Shown here: positions 36,560 through 45,768 of the stretch, in pieces
Layout: each line of letters opens with the position of its first letter
How positions within the stretch are numbered: position 1 is the first letter of the stretch
Assembly: GCA_964392115.1 (NCBI GenBank)
Contig: CAYMOU010000001.1
Span: 1-57,668 of the forward strand
Direction of reading: 5' to 3'
DNA from: an uncultured Defluviitaleaceae bacterium
Lineage (GTDB): Bacteria; Bacillota; Clostridia; Lachnospirales; WRBF01
DNA: 57,668 bases
The notes under the pieces: generated by a model
What the model was told of the DNA's origin: nothing
The model's input: the letters and a program-made list of their open reading frames with translations, nothing else
The model's database searches: none
Made by a program: the position numbers and the translations under genes

Positions 36560-36973
36560 ACCTAATTGAATTTGTTGAAACATCGTTGTATTAAGGATGA
36601 ATTCAGCGAGAACCGGAACTTATTGGCCGACGAAATTTCCTTTGGACAAGTCTCTTATAAAAATTCATTAATCCATATAATTATTTTGTTGTAATAATTT
36701 TTCTCTATTATTAATAAAAATTTAATATTTATTAAAATTATTAATACGAACAGGTAATATAACTGTTAAGTTGCGTCATATTATGTCGAATATAATTTGT
36801 CGATGTATTCTCTTTCGGTACAAATCATTTGGAGTTTTTGCCTGTAAAGAAGGACAATTGCTCAAACACTGTAGTTTTTAACAAGAATTTTTATTGAAAA
36901 TACCGCCTGAAACTGTAATAATACTTATATCCCGGGTAAATGATAAATCACTTCATAATTCTGTAATATTATA

Positions 36974-37002
36974 TTGACAAAACATGCCGGTTATTGTATA
37001 AT
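36974..37002 (+). promoter_or_regulatory. sigma-A-like promoter upstream of the cell-wall hydrolase gene
   Basis: TTGACA, 17-nt spacer, TATAAT with TG immediately upstream. About 160-nt leader. Confidence 0.55.
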
Positions 37003-37167
37003 AAAACCGTAAAAGTTTATTAACACTTTCTTATGGGTTTTTTAGCCTTTGAGACTTGCTTCCCGGGGAAGGTTTTGAAATCTTTCGTTTGGAATTATTC
37101 TCAACTTAACTTATGACAAAACGAGTTTAAAGACTTTTGTTTTTAATACAATTTTCGGAGGTATACA

Positions 37168-38295
37168 ATGAAGCTTGGAAACATATTTCGCCATACCGTT
37201 ACAGCAATAGTAATGCTGGGCACAATGTCCGGAACGGTTTTTGCCGATACAAAAGCCGTAATCAATGACGATTATGTTAACGTACGTAAGGGTCCGTCCA
37301 TAGATTATGATGTCTTGACCCAGCTTAACAAGGGTCAAGAATTGACTGTAAAAAAACTGGATACCGATTTTTTTGAGGTATCTTACGGAGAAGTTAATTC
37401 TGCCTATGTTTATGGGGAATTTTTGGATATTTTATCCGCAGAAGCTGTTGTTAACGACAATAAAGTTAACTTGAGAAACTCTCCTTCAACTTCTGCCGGT
37501 ATTATTACCAAACTGGACAAAGGCGAAAAAATCAACGTCACCGCTCGTAAAGGCGAATGGTATACTGTACGTTACAATAACGGCGACGCTTATATTCATG
37601 CAGATTTTATTGACGGCGACTTGCTCAAGCACGTAAAATCATTTGACGAAGGCGTTACAACAGTGGTAATGACAGGCCAAACTACGTCTGCTCCCGAGGT
37701 TACATATGCTGTTGTTAATTCCAAAGACGGTTTGAAGCTTCGTCCCGATGCAAGCACTTCTTCCAAAGAAATTACCGTGTTGTCTTACGGCACCGTTTTG
37801 GATGTGATACAAAAAAACGGAGATTGGATTAATGTGTCTTACGGAAACAACAAAGGCTTTGTTTCATCGGAATTTGTTGATGTAAAAGTTGGTCAAAAGC
37901 CCACCGGCAACGCTTCAAAGGGTCAAGAAATTGTTAATTACGCAAAACAATTTATCGGAACTCCTTATGTTTACGGCGGAACCAGCCTTACCAAAGGCGT
38001 TGACTGCTCCGGGTTCACTTATGCACTCTTTTCCAACTTTGGTATTAAATTAAACAGAACATCCAGAGATCAATATAACAACGGAACCCGTGTAGATAAG
38101 GCAAATTTACAACCCGGCGATTTGGTATTCTTTAACACCGGAAAAAATTCTGCTATCTCTCACGTTGGTATGTATATAGGCGGTAATCAATTTATACATT
38201 CCGCTAGCCCCGGTAGAAAAGGCATTTCAATTGCCAGTCTTGGCACTGACTATAATTCCCGAAACTACGTTGGAGCAACAAGGGTTATTAAATAA
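37168..38295 (+). CDS. secreted cell-wall hydrolase: SH3b repeats plus C-terminal NlpC/P60 endopeptidase
   Basis: Signal peptide. Repeated (V/L)N(V/L)R..PS... SH3b modules. Catalytic DCSGF...HVGMYIG. Confidence 0.88.
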   Translation: MKLGNIFRHTVTAIVMLGTMSGTVFADTKAVINDDYVNVRKGPSIDYDVLTQLNKGQELTVKKLDTDFFEVSYGEVNSAYVYGEFLDILSAEAVVNDNKVNLRNSPSTSAGIITKLDKGEKINVTARKGEWYTVRYNNGDAYIHADFIDGDLLKHVKSFDEGVTTVVMTGQTTSAPEVTYAVVNSKDGLKLRPDASTSSKEITVLSYGTVLDVIQKNGDWINVSYGNNKGFVSSEFVDVKVGQKPTGNASKGQEIVNYAKQFIGTPYVYGGTSLTKGVDCSGFTYALFSNFGIKLNRTSRDQYNNGTRVDKANLQPGDLVFFNTGKNSAISHVGMYIGGNQFIHSASPGRKGISIASLGTDYNSRNYVGATRVIK

Positions 38296-38316
38296 TTTTG
38301 ATTATATGTAAACACA

Positions 38317-38348
38317 GAACAGGTCGGTTATTCCGAACCTGTTTTTTT
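38317..38348 (+). terminator. Rho-independent terminator after the hydrolase gene
   Basis: GAACAGGTCGG-loop-CCGAACCTGTT followed by T7. Confidence 0.75.
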
Positions 38349-38365
38349 ATTCCCACGGGTAATTG

Positions 38366-38467
38366 ATGCTAATTCGATTTAAACCGGTAGATAAAAATTT
38401 TCAATTTTGACAAAGATTCAAGGATACATTGCAAATTTTTATCCTGCATTAAATATGGAATTAGTAT
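38366..38467 (-). repeat. ~101-bp nested-palindrome intergenic repeat, copy C3 (inverted orientation)
   Basis: The reverse complement aligns end to end with C1/C2 (ATACTAATTCCATATTTAATGCAGGATAAAAATTTGCAA...). Confidence 0.8.
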
Positions 38468-38510
38468 GAAATACAAAAAACCCCACCGGCGGCAGGGTAT
38501 GGGAAATTAC

Positions 38511-39296
38511 TTAGAATGATTGGGTTTTGGAGTAAGTATCGGTAATCGAATTGATGGCAGCATTGATAAAGGCTCCGTTTGTGGGCTTTTTGTTTTCCAG
38601 CGACCTGTAGCCGATTATCTCGTTGAATTTCTTGGAATATCCTTTAGTCCAAGATGAGGTTATGGCGTGCCTGATGGCTCGCTCTACACAACCGCAGTCT
38701 GTACCGAAATGTTTTGCTATTTCGGGGTAGACTATTTTTGTAAGTCCGTCCATTGCCTTCTTATCCTTATAGCACATTAAAATAGCATTTTTAAGATAAG
38801 AATAACCCTTTAAATTGCCCGGGATGCCAAGTTTGTAGAGCATATCATCCACAAAGGCATTAATGTCAAATCTGTTGAAATTATAGCAGCTTATATTGTT
38901 TTCTCTGTATTCACAAATATGTATCAACCGTTTAACCAACATATTCATCTCAAATGGTTTGAGAATAAAATAGTCTGCACCAAGCAGCATAGCTTCTTGG
39001 GTTACTTCTTCTTTGCTGACAGAACTTAGCACTACGCAGGCAGGGCGCTTGGTTACGCCGGAGTTGCTTAATTCCAACAGTACTTCCATACCGTCCTTTA
39101 TGGGCAGAATAATATCCAAAAGCACAACATCAGGCTGATAGTGGTAAATGGCATTTAAGCCATCCAAACCGTTATGAACCACGGAGACTATCTCAAACCT
39201 ATCGGTTTTCTCCAGGTTTGAGACAAGTAGGCTGCACATTTCCTTATTATCCTCAATTATTAATAATGTATATTTTTCCGGGTTTATATAGTCCAC
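38511..39296 (-). CDS. spo0A: sporulation master regulator Spo0A
   Basis: REC domain (LLIIEDNKEM...VVLLDIILP) plus Spo0A-specific C-terminus (KGYSYLKNAILMCY...VERAIRHAI...KPTNGAFI). The start codon is ambiguous. Confidence 0.93.
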   Translation of the reverse strand: MDYINPEKYTLLIIEDNKEMCSLLVSNLEKTDRFEIVSVVHNGLDGLNAIYHYQPDVVLLDIILPIKDGMEVLLELSNSGVTKRPACVVLSSVSKEEVTQEAMLLGADYFILKPFEMNMLVKRLIHICEYRENNISCYNFNRFDINAFVDDMLYKLGIPGNLKGYSYLKNAILMCYKDKKAMDGLTKIVYPEIAKHFGTDCGCVERAIRHAITSSWTKGYSKKFNEIIGYRSLENKKPTNGAFINAAINSITDTYSKTQSF

Positions 39297-39346
39297 CTTC
39301 TAACTAAAGCAATTTTCGCCCCTAAGGCTATAAAAAAATAACATTT

Positions 39347-39353
39347 TTCGACA
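39347..39353 (-). promoter_or_regulatory. consensus 0A box (TGTCGAA on the minus strand) upstream of spo0A
   Basis: TTCGACA at 39347-39353, about 50 nt upstream of the spo0A start. Spo0A autoregulation via 0A boxes is established in Bacillus and Clostridium. Confidence 0.4.
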
Positions 39354-39645
39354 ACTATATCAATAGCCCTAACGCAATCGTAGCAAAATAATGTATATTT
39401 GACATTTTGTAACCGGATTAATCTACAAAAAGTACAGGTTTGTTTAAAAATCCGTAATATCTTATGGTCTGACCATTGGGTTTTTTTTCAAAAAATTTCA
39501 CAGAAAAACGTATGTTTTAGGGCTATTACGCTTCAAAAACCGGTTTGTTTTACTTGCCGTAAAGTTAATAAATTGTAACATTTGTTTTGTCTAAACGTAC
39601 ACAAATCTATTATATTAACTTTCACATTGCTGAATTTTTCACCCA

Positions 39646-39677
39646 TAAAAAAAGAACCCCAATCGTTCCGGGATTCT
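39646..39677 (-). terminator. Rho-independent terminator after the antiporter gene
   Basis: Minus strand AGAATCCC-loop-GGGGTTCT followed by T7. Confidence 0.7.
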
Positions 39678-39756
39678 GTAATGTGAATTCTCTCATAGTT
39701 ACTTCTTTCCGCCAACTTGAACTAATCAGTTATCCGGCGAATAAATACAAACAATA

Positions 39757-40911
39757 TTAACTGTAAACCTTCTTTAAAAGTATGGGCGTTATTAAGGTGG
39801 TTATTATAACCATCACAACAACACCGCTGAACAACACAGGGTTCATCAGCCCTACAAGAATACCCTTATCGGCCACTATCAAAGCAACTTCACCCCGAGA
39901 AACCATTCCTACACCAATCTGCAAGGATTCTTTCCCGGAAAATTTGCTTAATTTTGCACCTAATCCGCAGCCTATAATCTTGGTAGCCACCGCAATAATC
40001 AGCAGTAACAGCGTGAACATCATTATGTTTGAGTTAAAATGAGACAACACCGTTTTCAAACCTATGCTTGCAAAGAAAATCGGCGAGAAAAACATATAGG
40101 ATAAAACCATCGTTCGAGATTCTATGTAGGATTCAGCCTTGCTGTTACTTATAATCAGCCCGGCTATATAAGCACCGGTAATATCGGCTATGCCGAACTG
40201 TTCGGAAACAAAGGACAAAAACAGGCAAAATGCCAAGGCGAATATTGAAAGCCTATGTACATTCCCAACGGTCATGCTTATTTTTTTAAACCATTTTATA
40301 ATAACAAATCCGCAAATTAAAGCAAATATAAAAAATCCTACAATTTTTAAAAGCAATACAAATACTATACTCGCTGAAAAACTATGTTCCTTGGAGATTG
40401 CAGTTATTACCGAAAGAATAATTATACCCAAAATATCGTCTATAACTGCCGCACCTAAAATTGCGGTTCCTGTAGGCGTTTTTAGCTTATTCATTTCTTG
40501 CAGGGTTTCCACCGTAATGCTGACGGAGGTAGCCGTAAGTATTACCCCTATAAATATGCATTGCAGAATTCCTTCACCGTAATATTGGGCCAGGAAAATT
40601 CCACCGAACAAGGGCAGAAGTATACCTATTAAGGCAATAAGCAGTGAAGCCTTCCAGGTCTTTTTAAGCTGTTGCAAGTCGGTTTCCATGCCTGCCGTAA
40701 ACATAAGCAAAATAACACCCAGTTCAGCCAAAACATTTATCAATTCCGAGCCGGATATAATATTAAAAACCGTAGGGCCCAGCAAAAGCCCCGCCAACAA
40801 AGCACCCACCACCTGGGGTAAATTAACCTTCCGGGTAATCAATCCGAAAACTTTGGTACAAAACAAAATAATTGCAATGTCCAACAAATACTTTCTCACT
40901 AACATCACCAC
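39757..40911 (-). CDS. cation:proton antiporter (CPA2 / Na_H_exchanger family)
   Basis: 384 aa, about 11-12 TM. LPQVVGALLAGLLLGP N-terminal motif typical of KefB/NapA-like exchangers. Confidence 0.85.
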   Translation of the reverse strand: MVMLVRKYLLDIAIILFCTKVFGLITRKVNLPQVVGALLAGLLLGPTVFNIISGSELINVLAELGVILLMFTAGMETDLQQLKKTWKASLLIALIGILLPLFGGIFLAQYYGEGILQCIFIGVILTATSVSITVETLQEMNKLKTPTGTAILGAAVIDDILGIIILSVITAISKEHSFSASIVFVLLLKIVGFFIFALICGFVIIKWFKKISMTVGNVHRLSIFALAFCLFLSFVSEQFGIADITGAYIAGLIISNSKAESYIESRTMVLSYMFFSPIFFASIGLKTVLSHFNSNIMMFTLLLLIIAVATKIIGCGLGAKLSKFSGKESLQIGVGMVSRGEVALIVADKGILVGLMNPVLFSGVVVMVIITTLITPILLKKVYS

Positions 40912-41131
40912 TTTTTAAGTACTGTTTTCTATACCGAAGTATATATAGCCTTTTGGCAATAAATATTACTTTAATTATACTATGGTGTGTTTGCGGAAAG
41001 CAAATGTCTGTGCAAATTTTACGTATTTACGATTTTACGTTTCCTAAAATTATATTTTGCTGTACTTTCGTGCCTTTTTCAGCTGTAAATACCGCAAACA
41101 TTACAAACCGTAGCTTGCTTATGTAGCCAAT

Positions 41132-41857
41132 TTAAGCCTTTGAAGGCTCAAAAGTACCAACAGGTGATTTTTCCAACAATTTTTTCCTGCTTTTGCGGTC
41201 AGGCATAAGCTTATCCATAAGGTTATAAAAGTCTTTCGAATGATTGGGATGAATAAAATGGCAAAACTCGTGCAGTACTACATATTCAATGCATTCTATG
41301 GGTGTTTCTATAAGTTTATCGTTTAAAGTAATAACCGCTTTTAGAGGCCTGCAAGAACCCCAGCGTGATTTCATGCTGCGAATTTTTATTTCGGGAAAGG
41401 GCAAGTGTTGAAAATGTTTGTGCATATTTATTGCAATTTTAGTAAACACAGCTTTGCACATATTTCGCTTCCATTTTTGCAACAAATTCTTTTTACGGCT
41501 TAAGTCAGATGCATCTTTGACCTTTAAATAAATATTATTTTCGTTAAATAAAACCTCGTCTTTGACGGATTCGACCACATGTAACACCCTAAACTTGCCC
41601 AAGAAGGCGAATTCCTCGCCTGTGACATATTCTTTTGGCTTTGGACTGTCAGCCTTTCTTTCTTTGAATCTTTCCAAAGCTTCAAGTATAAATTTTCCCT
41701 TCGATAAAACAAATTCATCTATTCTCTTTGCAGATACCCTGCGGTTAGCCGATACTGTAATACTGCCGTCTGATTTTATACGCAGATTAATATTTTTCAC
41801 CTTTTTATAAACCAAGCTATAGCTTATGGCTGTGTTTTTATACAAGACCTCTCGCAT
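41132..41857 (-). CDS. YgjP-like (DUF45/M48-related) metal-dependent hydrolase
   Basis: 241 aa. C-terminal HEFCH zinc motif (VVLHEFCHFIHPNHSKDFY). Confidence 0.75.
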   Translation of the reverse strand: MREVLYKNTAISYSLVYKKVKNINLRIKSDGSITVSANRRVSAKRIDEFVLSKGKFILEALERFKERKADSPKPKEYVTGEEFAFLGKFRVLHVVESVKDEVLFNENNIYLKVKDASDLSRKKNLLQKWKRNMCKAVFTKIAINMHKHFQHLPFPEIKIRSMKSRWGSCRPLKAVITLNDKLIETPIECIEYVVLHEFCHFIHPNHSKDFYNLMDKLMPDRKSRKKLLEKSPVGTFEPSKA

Positions 41858-41941
41858 TTTTCACCCACCGTAATACTAGACCGAAAAAATAAGTATAGCA
41901 TAGTGAAAATTTCATGTCACCGGTAATACTGAATTTTTAGG

Positions 41942-41971
41942 CAAACAAAAACTTCTCGGAAAACCGAGAAG
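41942..41971 (-). terminator. Rho-independent terminator downstream of the HD-protein gene
   Basis: Minus strand CTTCTCGG-TTTT-CCGAGAAG followed by TTTTTGTTT. Confidence 0.7.
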
Positions 41972-41983
41972 CTGATAGTTGTT

Positions 41984-42085
41984 ATACTAATTCCATATTT
42001 AATTAAGGATAAAAATTTGCAAATTATCCTTAAATCTTTGTCTAAATTGCAAATTTTTATCTACTGTTTTAAATGGAATTAGTAT
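41984..42085 (+). repeat. ~101-bp nested-palindrome intergenic repeat, copy C2
   Basis: About 93 percent identical to 14115-14215. Abuts the stop codon of the HD gene. Confidence 0.85.
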
Positions 42086-42702
42086 TAACTGACTTTACTG
42101 CATTTTTGAAGGAAAAGCCGTATATTGTTTTCCTCGGCAGATTTATTCACATTGGTTCGACCTAATCTGTCGCAAAGCCCCAATAAGGCAACTTCGTTAA
42201 TATCGGATGATTGTTTCATGGTGTGTATATCCCCAAAGGGTAGGTCTTTGACCACAAATAAAATTTGCATATGCCACCTTACCAGTTGAGTAACAGCGGC
42301 AATAAAGTCTTTTTCATCCGTCAGTTGTGAGAGAAATTCCTCCGTTAATTTGGCACCCACTTTATCGTGGTCATAGGCGGTGATTTTGCCTTTGTGATTT
42401 TTCGTGGTTGCCGGCTTGCCTATATCATGCAAAAGCGCCGCCCAGACAAATACCCGTGGGTTTTTACTTTTGGATTTAACATTTGCAGCTTCGTCCACCA
42501 CCAAAAGGGTATGGTTCCAAACATTGCCCTCCGGATGATGCTTGGGCGACTGGTTGGTGTCTTTTAGGCAGTGAAGCATATTGTAAGGATTTTCCTTAAA
42601 AAGCGGATGATAATATAATTGGTTTAAATATTCGGACGGTTTTGGATTATACAGTAAGTGTTGATTGATTTCCGAAAATAAGGACTTAATATCAGTGCTC
42701 AT
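42085..42702 (-). CDS. HD-domain phosphohydrolase (CCA-enzyme-like HD module)
   Basis: HPEGNVWNHTLLVVDE and ALLHDIGKP motifs. Confidence 0.8.
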   Translation of the reverse strand: MSTDIKSLFSEINQHLLYNPKPSEYLNQLYYHPLFKENPYNMLHCLKDTNQSPKHHPEGNVWNHTLLVVDEAANVKSKSKNPRVFVWAALLHDIGKPATTKNHKGKITAYDHDKVGAKLTEEFLSQLTDEKDFIAAVTQLVRWHMQILFVVKDLPFGDIHTMKQSSDINEVALLGLCDRLGRTNVNKSAEENNIRLFLQKCSKVS

Positions 42703-42844
42703 TTTCTTGATTGGGTATGTTTAATCCGAATACCGCCCTTGCACTTTCTGCTCTCGGATCGTGTTTAATGTTTTTAGAATGAAAGCTTCCGTCTTGTTTT
42801 TTGTTTTGTTTCGTATCCTTCATGTTGGCGTTGCTTTTTGTCAT
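42692..42844 (-). CDS. small basic hydrophilic protein, 50 aa (hypothetical; not in the ORF track)
   Basis: GAAAGGAG 8 nt before ATG 42844. Encodes MTKSNANMKDTKQNKKQDGSFHSKNIKHDPRAESARAVFGLNIPNQENEH. Stop TGA 42692-42694 overlaps the HD gene ATG (ATGAGCACTGA), suggesting coupling. Confidence 0.5.
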   Translation of the reverse strand: MTKSNANMKDTKQNKKQDGSFHSKNIKHDPRAESARAVFGLNIPNQENEH

Positions 42845-42959
42845 AATATTGCTCCTTTCATAAGGCTTACAATATTAGTTTTACGGCATGAATGATAAAT
42901 ATACAGGTACGATTTTCATTTAGTAGATTTAGCTGTATTATCAACGGTTTTTGTGATTA

Positions 42960-44045
42960 TTACGTTTGATGGCTGGCTTCTTCGAATTTATCGTTAATCG
43001 CCACAACCACGTCTATTAATACCGGGTCAAAATGTGTTCCTCGGCCTTCAAGGAGAATTTTCATTGCCTCTTCGTGGCTCATTTTCTTTTTATAATGACG
43101 CTCCGAAACCAGTGCGTCATATACATCTACTATAGCCATAATCCTTCCGGCTATGTGTATATCCTCGCCGGACAGACCGTTGGGATAACCGGAGCCGTCC
43201 CATTTTTCGTGGTGAGTAATGGCTACAATGGCGGCAAGTTTTAAGAATTCTTTGTCGTGGGTAAGCTCCATGGCTCTTACTATGGCATTGTAGCCTATGG
43301 TTGTATGGGTTTTCATAATATCGAATTCTTCTGTGGTAAGCCTTCCCGGTTTAAGAAGAATTGCATCGGAAATTGCAACCTTACCTACGTCATGCAATTG
43401 AGAGGCCTCAAGCAGCATACGTTTATCCATGTCTTTAAGTATATCTTGATAAATATTGTGTTCTTCTAGGTAGTCCAAAATAAGGTTAAAATAAGTTTGG
43501 GTTCTCAATACGTGACCGCCGGTGGAATTATCACGCATTTCCACCAAGTCTGCCAGGGTAAAAATAATGGCGTACTGTAGTTCTTTTATAATCTTTGTTT
43601 TTTCCTGAACCATGGCTTGCAGGTCTTCGTTGTAATGGGATAGGGTTCTTTTTTGAATGGCGTGTGAAAGGTGGATTTCTACCCTTTTTAACAGCAAGGG
43701 GTTTGCAAAGGGTTTGTTTATATAATCCACAGCCCCAAGTTCCAAGGCTTCGAATTCAAAATTAACATCATTTTTTGCTGTAAGAAATATTATTGGGGTA
43801 TCTTCGGTGATTTTATTTTGCTTCATTAACTTTATGGTTTGGAATCCGTCCAATTCAGGCATTTCAACATCCAGCAAAATTAAATCGGGGTTTATACTGT
43901 CCAATTTTTCCACAGCTTCCGCTCCAGAGGTGAAGGAAACCACGTTATAAGTATCTTGCAGAACTTTTTTTACTATTTTATGAATAACCGGACTGTCATC
44001 CACCAACATTACGGTGAATTTTGCGTCTAAAAAATCATTTAACAT
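42960..44045 (-). CDS. response regulator with HD-GYP c-di-GMP phosphodiesterase output (RpfG-like)
   Basis: REC (MLVDDSPVIH...LILLDVEMPELDG), then HD (LHDVGK) and HHEKWDGSGYP. Starts 11 nt after cheX. Confidence 0.88.
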   Translation of the reverse strand: MLNDFLDAKFTVMLVDDSPVIHKIVKKVLQDTYNVVSFTSGAEAVEKLDSINPDLILLDVEMPELDGFQTIKLMKQNKITEDTPIIFLTAKNDVNFEFEALELGAVDYINKPFANPLLLKRVEIHLSHAIQKRTLSHYNEDLQAMVQEKTKIIKELQYAIIFTLADLVEMRDNSTGGHVLRTQTYFNLILDYLEEHNIYQDILKDMDKRMLLEASQLHDVGKVAISDAILLKPGRLTTEEFDIMKTHTTIGYNAIVRAMELTHDKEFLKLAAIVAITHHEKWDGSGYPNGLSGEDIHIAGRIMAIVDVYDALVSERHYKKKMSHEEAMKILLEGRGTHFDPVLIDVVVAINDKFEEASHQT

Positions 44046-44056
44046 AGTAGGCCCCT

Positions 44057-44527
44057 TTATACCAAAATTATCCTTACATTAAGCTTAATTTCTTCGGATG
44101 AAAAAGGTAAGACTGCCATCTTTGTTTTTTTCTTGTATGAAAAAGTCATGTTTTCGTTGCTTTTTACCGAAAAAGGTGTGGATAAAGAAAATGCCGTACC
44201 TCCGGGGTATGCCCTTGCCTTGGTAAGGCCGCAAATCATGTTTGCCAGTTCTCCTATGCAATCCATCATTTCGCTTTCTTCAACACATTCGGCTTCGGCG
44301 CCTGTCATGCCGGCAGTTAAGGTTCTCAAGCTGTTTTCGTCGGATTTTACGATAAACACACCGTTTATATCACCGTATAAGGGTAGAATACCGGCATAAT
44401 TGCAGGTATCCTCTTGGGCATCTTCTGCTTTATTTACCATAATCCCGGAAACCGTGGAAATGACTTCTCCTACAGCTTTTTCGAAAATATCGGAGAGCTT
44501 TTGCAAAATATCTTTGGAGTCCGACAT
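44057..44527 (-). CDS. cheX: CheX/CheC-family chemotaxis phosphatase
   Basis: 156 aa. CheC-like fold features (ELANMICG). Embedded in the che operon. Confidence 0.7.
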   Translation of the reverse strand: MSDSKDILQKLSDIFEKAVGEVISTVSGIMVNKAEDAQEDTCNYAGILPLYGDINGVFIVKSDENSLRTLTAGMTGAEAECVEESEMMDCIGELANMICGLTKARAYPGGTAFSLSTPFSVKSNENMTFSYKKKTKMAVLPFSSEEIKLNVRIILV

Positions 44528-44528
44528 T

Positions 44529-44900
44529 TTAATCTACCCCCAAACATTCCATTATTTTTGTAATCAAATCTTCGTTTGAAAAAGGTTTTGTTAAATAATT
44601 TATGGCTCCTGCTTTTATGGCACGAATAATATTTGATTTTTCGCTTTCGGTTGTAACCATCATAACCGGAATTTCTTTGTATCTATCGTCACTTTTTAGC
44701 ATTTGAAGCAGTTCATAACCATCCAGTCCCGGCATATTCCAGTCCAGCAATATAAGGCTAATATCATCGTATTCATTTTCCAGTAATTTCAGAGCTTCTT
44801 CGCCGTCTTCAGCTTCTATAAAATCGTAGCCCAAAACCCCGACAGATGCTTTTATTATTTTTCGGATAATACCGGAATCGTCTATGGAAAGTATTTTCAT
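44529..44900 (-). CDS. cheY: CheY-like single-domain response regulator
   Basis: KILSIDDSGIIRK...LILLDWNMPGLDG...TKPF. AAGGAGGG precedes ATG 44900; the ORF track extends to 44954 into cheR. Confidence 0.85.
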   Translation of the reverse strand: MKILSIDDSGIIRKIIKASVGVLGYDFIEAEDGEEALKLLENEYDDISLILLDWNMPGLDGYELLQMLKSDDRYKEIPVMMVTTESEKSNIIRAIKAGAINYLTKPFSNEDLITKIMECLGVD

Positions 44901-44904
44901 CGGT

Positions 44905-45768
44905 TTACACGCCCTCCTTTTTCGCAATCTTAGTATAGTAAGTACCGTTGTCAAGTTGATTTGAGTTAAAACAATTTACCAAATGACTGCACATTTCGTA
45001 TGCACCTAAAAAGAAAACCCCATCATCCCTTAAATTATTAGACATACGACATATTATTTCGGACTTTAATTCATTTGAAAAATAGATTAATACATAACGG
45101 CAGAATATTATATCAAATTTACCCAGTTGGGTAAAAGTATTTTGTAGATTAAATTGTTTAAAGCTTACGGCATTTTTAATTTCTTCGGAAATTTCCCAGA
45201 CATTACCTGAATCGGTGAAATATCTGTCTCTTAATGTTTTATCCAAGCCCCGTTTTATGGATATGTTGTCGTATCTACCATTTTTTGCAACTCGAAGAAC
45301 CAATTGGGAAATATCCGTGCCTAAAATTTCGAACTGTTTTAGGCTGACATCTTTAATAAATCTGGTTTTAAGATAATTGTGTATGCAAATAGCGGTAGAA
45401 TATGCCTCTTGGCCGGTAGAAGTAGCCGCACTCCAAATACGTATCATGGTGCGCTCACCGGTTCTCAGCATATTAATATATTTAGGTAAGTATATTTCTT
45501 CCAGCACAGACCAAGGCGTTTTGTCTCTGAACCAAAGGGTTTCGTTTGTGGTAATGGCATCAATCAACTTACCCACCAGTGAATCGTCATTGGAATACCT
45601 TATGTGATTATAAAGATCACCAAAAGAAGACAACTTAGAATCAACCAAGATTTTCGTAAGCCTACTTTCTATAAGATAAGCCTTTTCTTCGGTGATTTCT
45701 ATACCGCATTTTTCTTTTATAAATCTTTTAAACAGTTGAAACTCCATATCTGAGAGACTTACATCCAT
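44905..45768 (-). CDS. cheR: chemotaxis protein methyltransferase CheR
   Basis: N-terminal helical domain FKRFIKEKCGIEI. SAM-binding IWSAATSTGQEAYS. Confidence 0.9.
   Translation of the reverse strand: MDVSLSDMEFQLFKRFIKEKCGIEITEEKAYLIESRLTKILVDSKLSSFGDLYNHIRYSNDDSLVGKLIDAITTNETLWFRDKTPWSVLEEIYLPKYINMLRTGERTMIRIWSAATSTGQEAYSTAICIHNYLKTRFIKDVSLKQFEILGTDISQLVLRVAKNGRYDNISIKRGLDKTLRDRYFTDSGNVWEISEEIKNAVSFKQFNLQNTFTQLGKFDIIFCRYVLIYFSNELKSEIICRMSNNLRDDGVFFLGAYEMCSHLVNCFNSNQLDNGTYYTKIAKKEGV

Noticed and set aside
36560-37167. c-di-AMP (ydaO-type) riboswitch upstream of the NlpC/P60 hydrolase gene
   Set aside because: This is a common association, so I looked for it. The ~160-nt leader lacks the conserved ydaO core sequences as I recall them (ACGGGGA / CCCGA / AGCUAACC-type blocks).
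39533-39715. 60-aa minus-strand ORF between the antiporter gene and spo0A
   Set aside because: It spans the antiporter terminator, has a TTG start without an SD, and shows no motifs.
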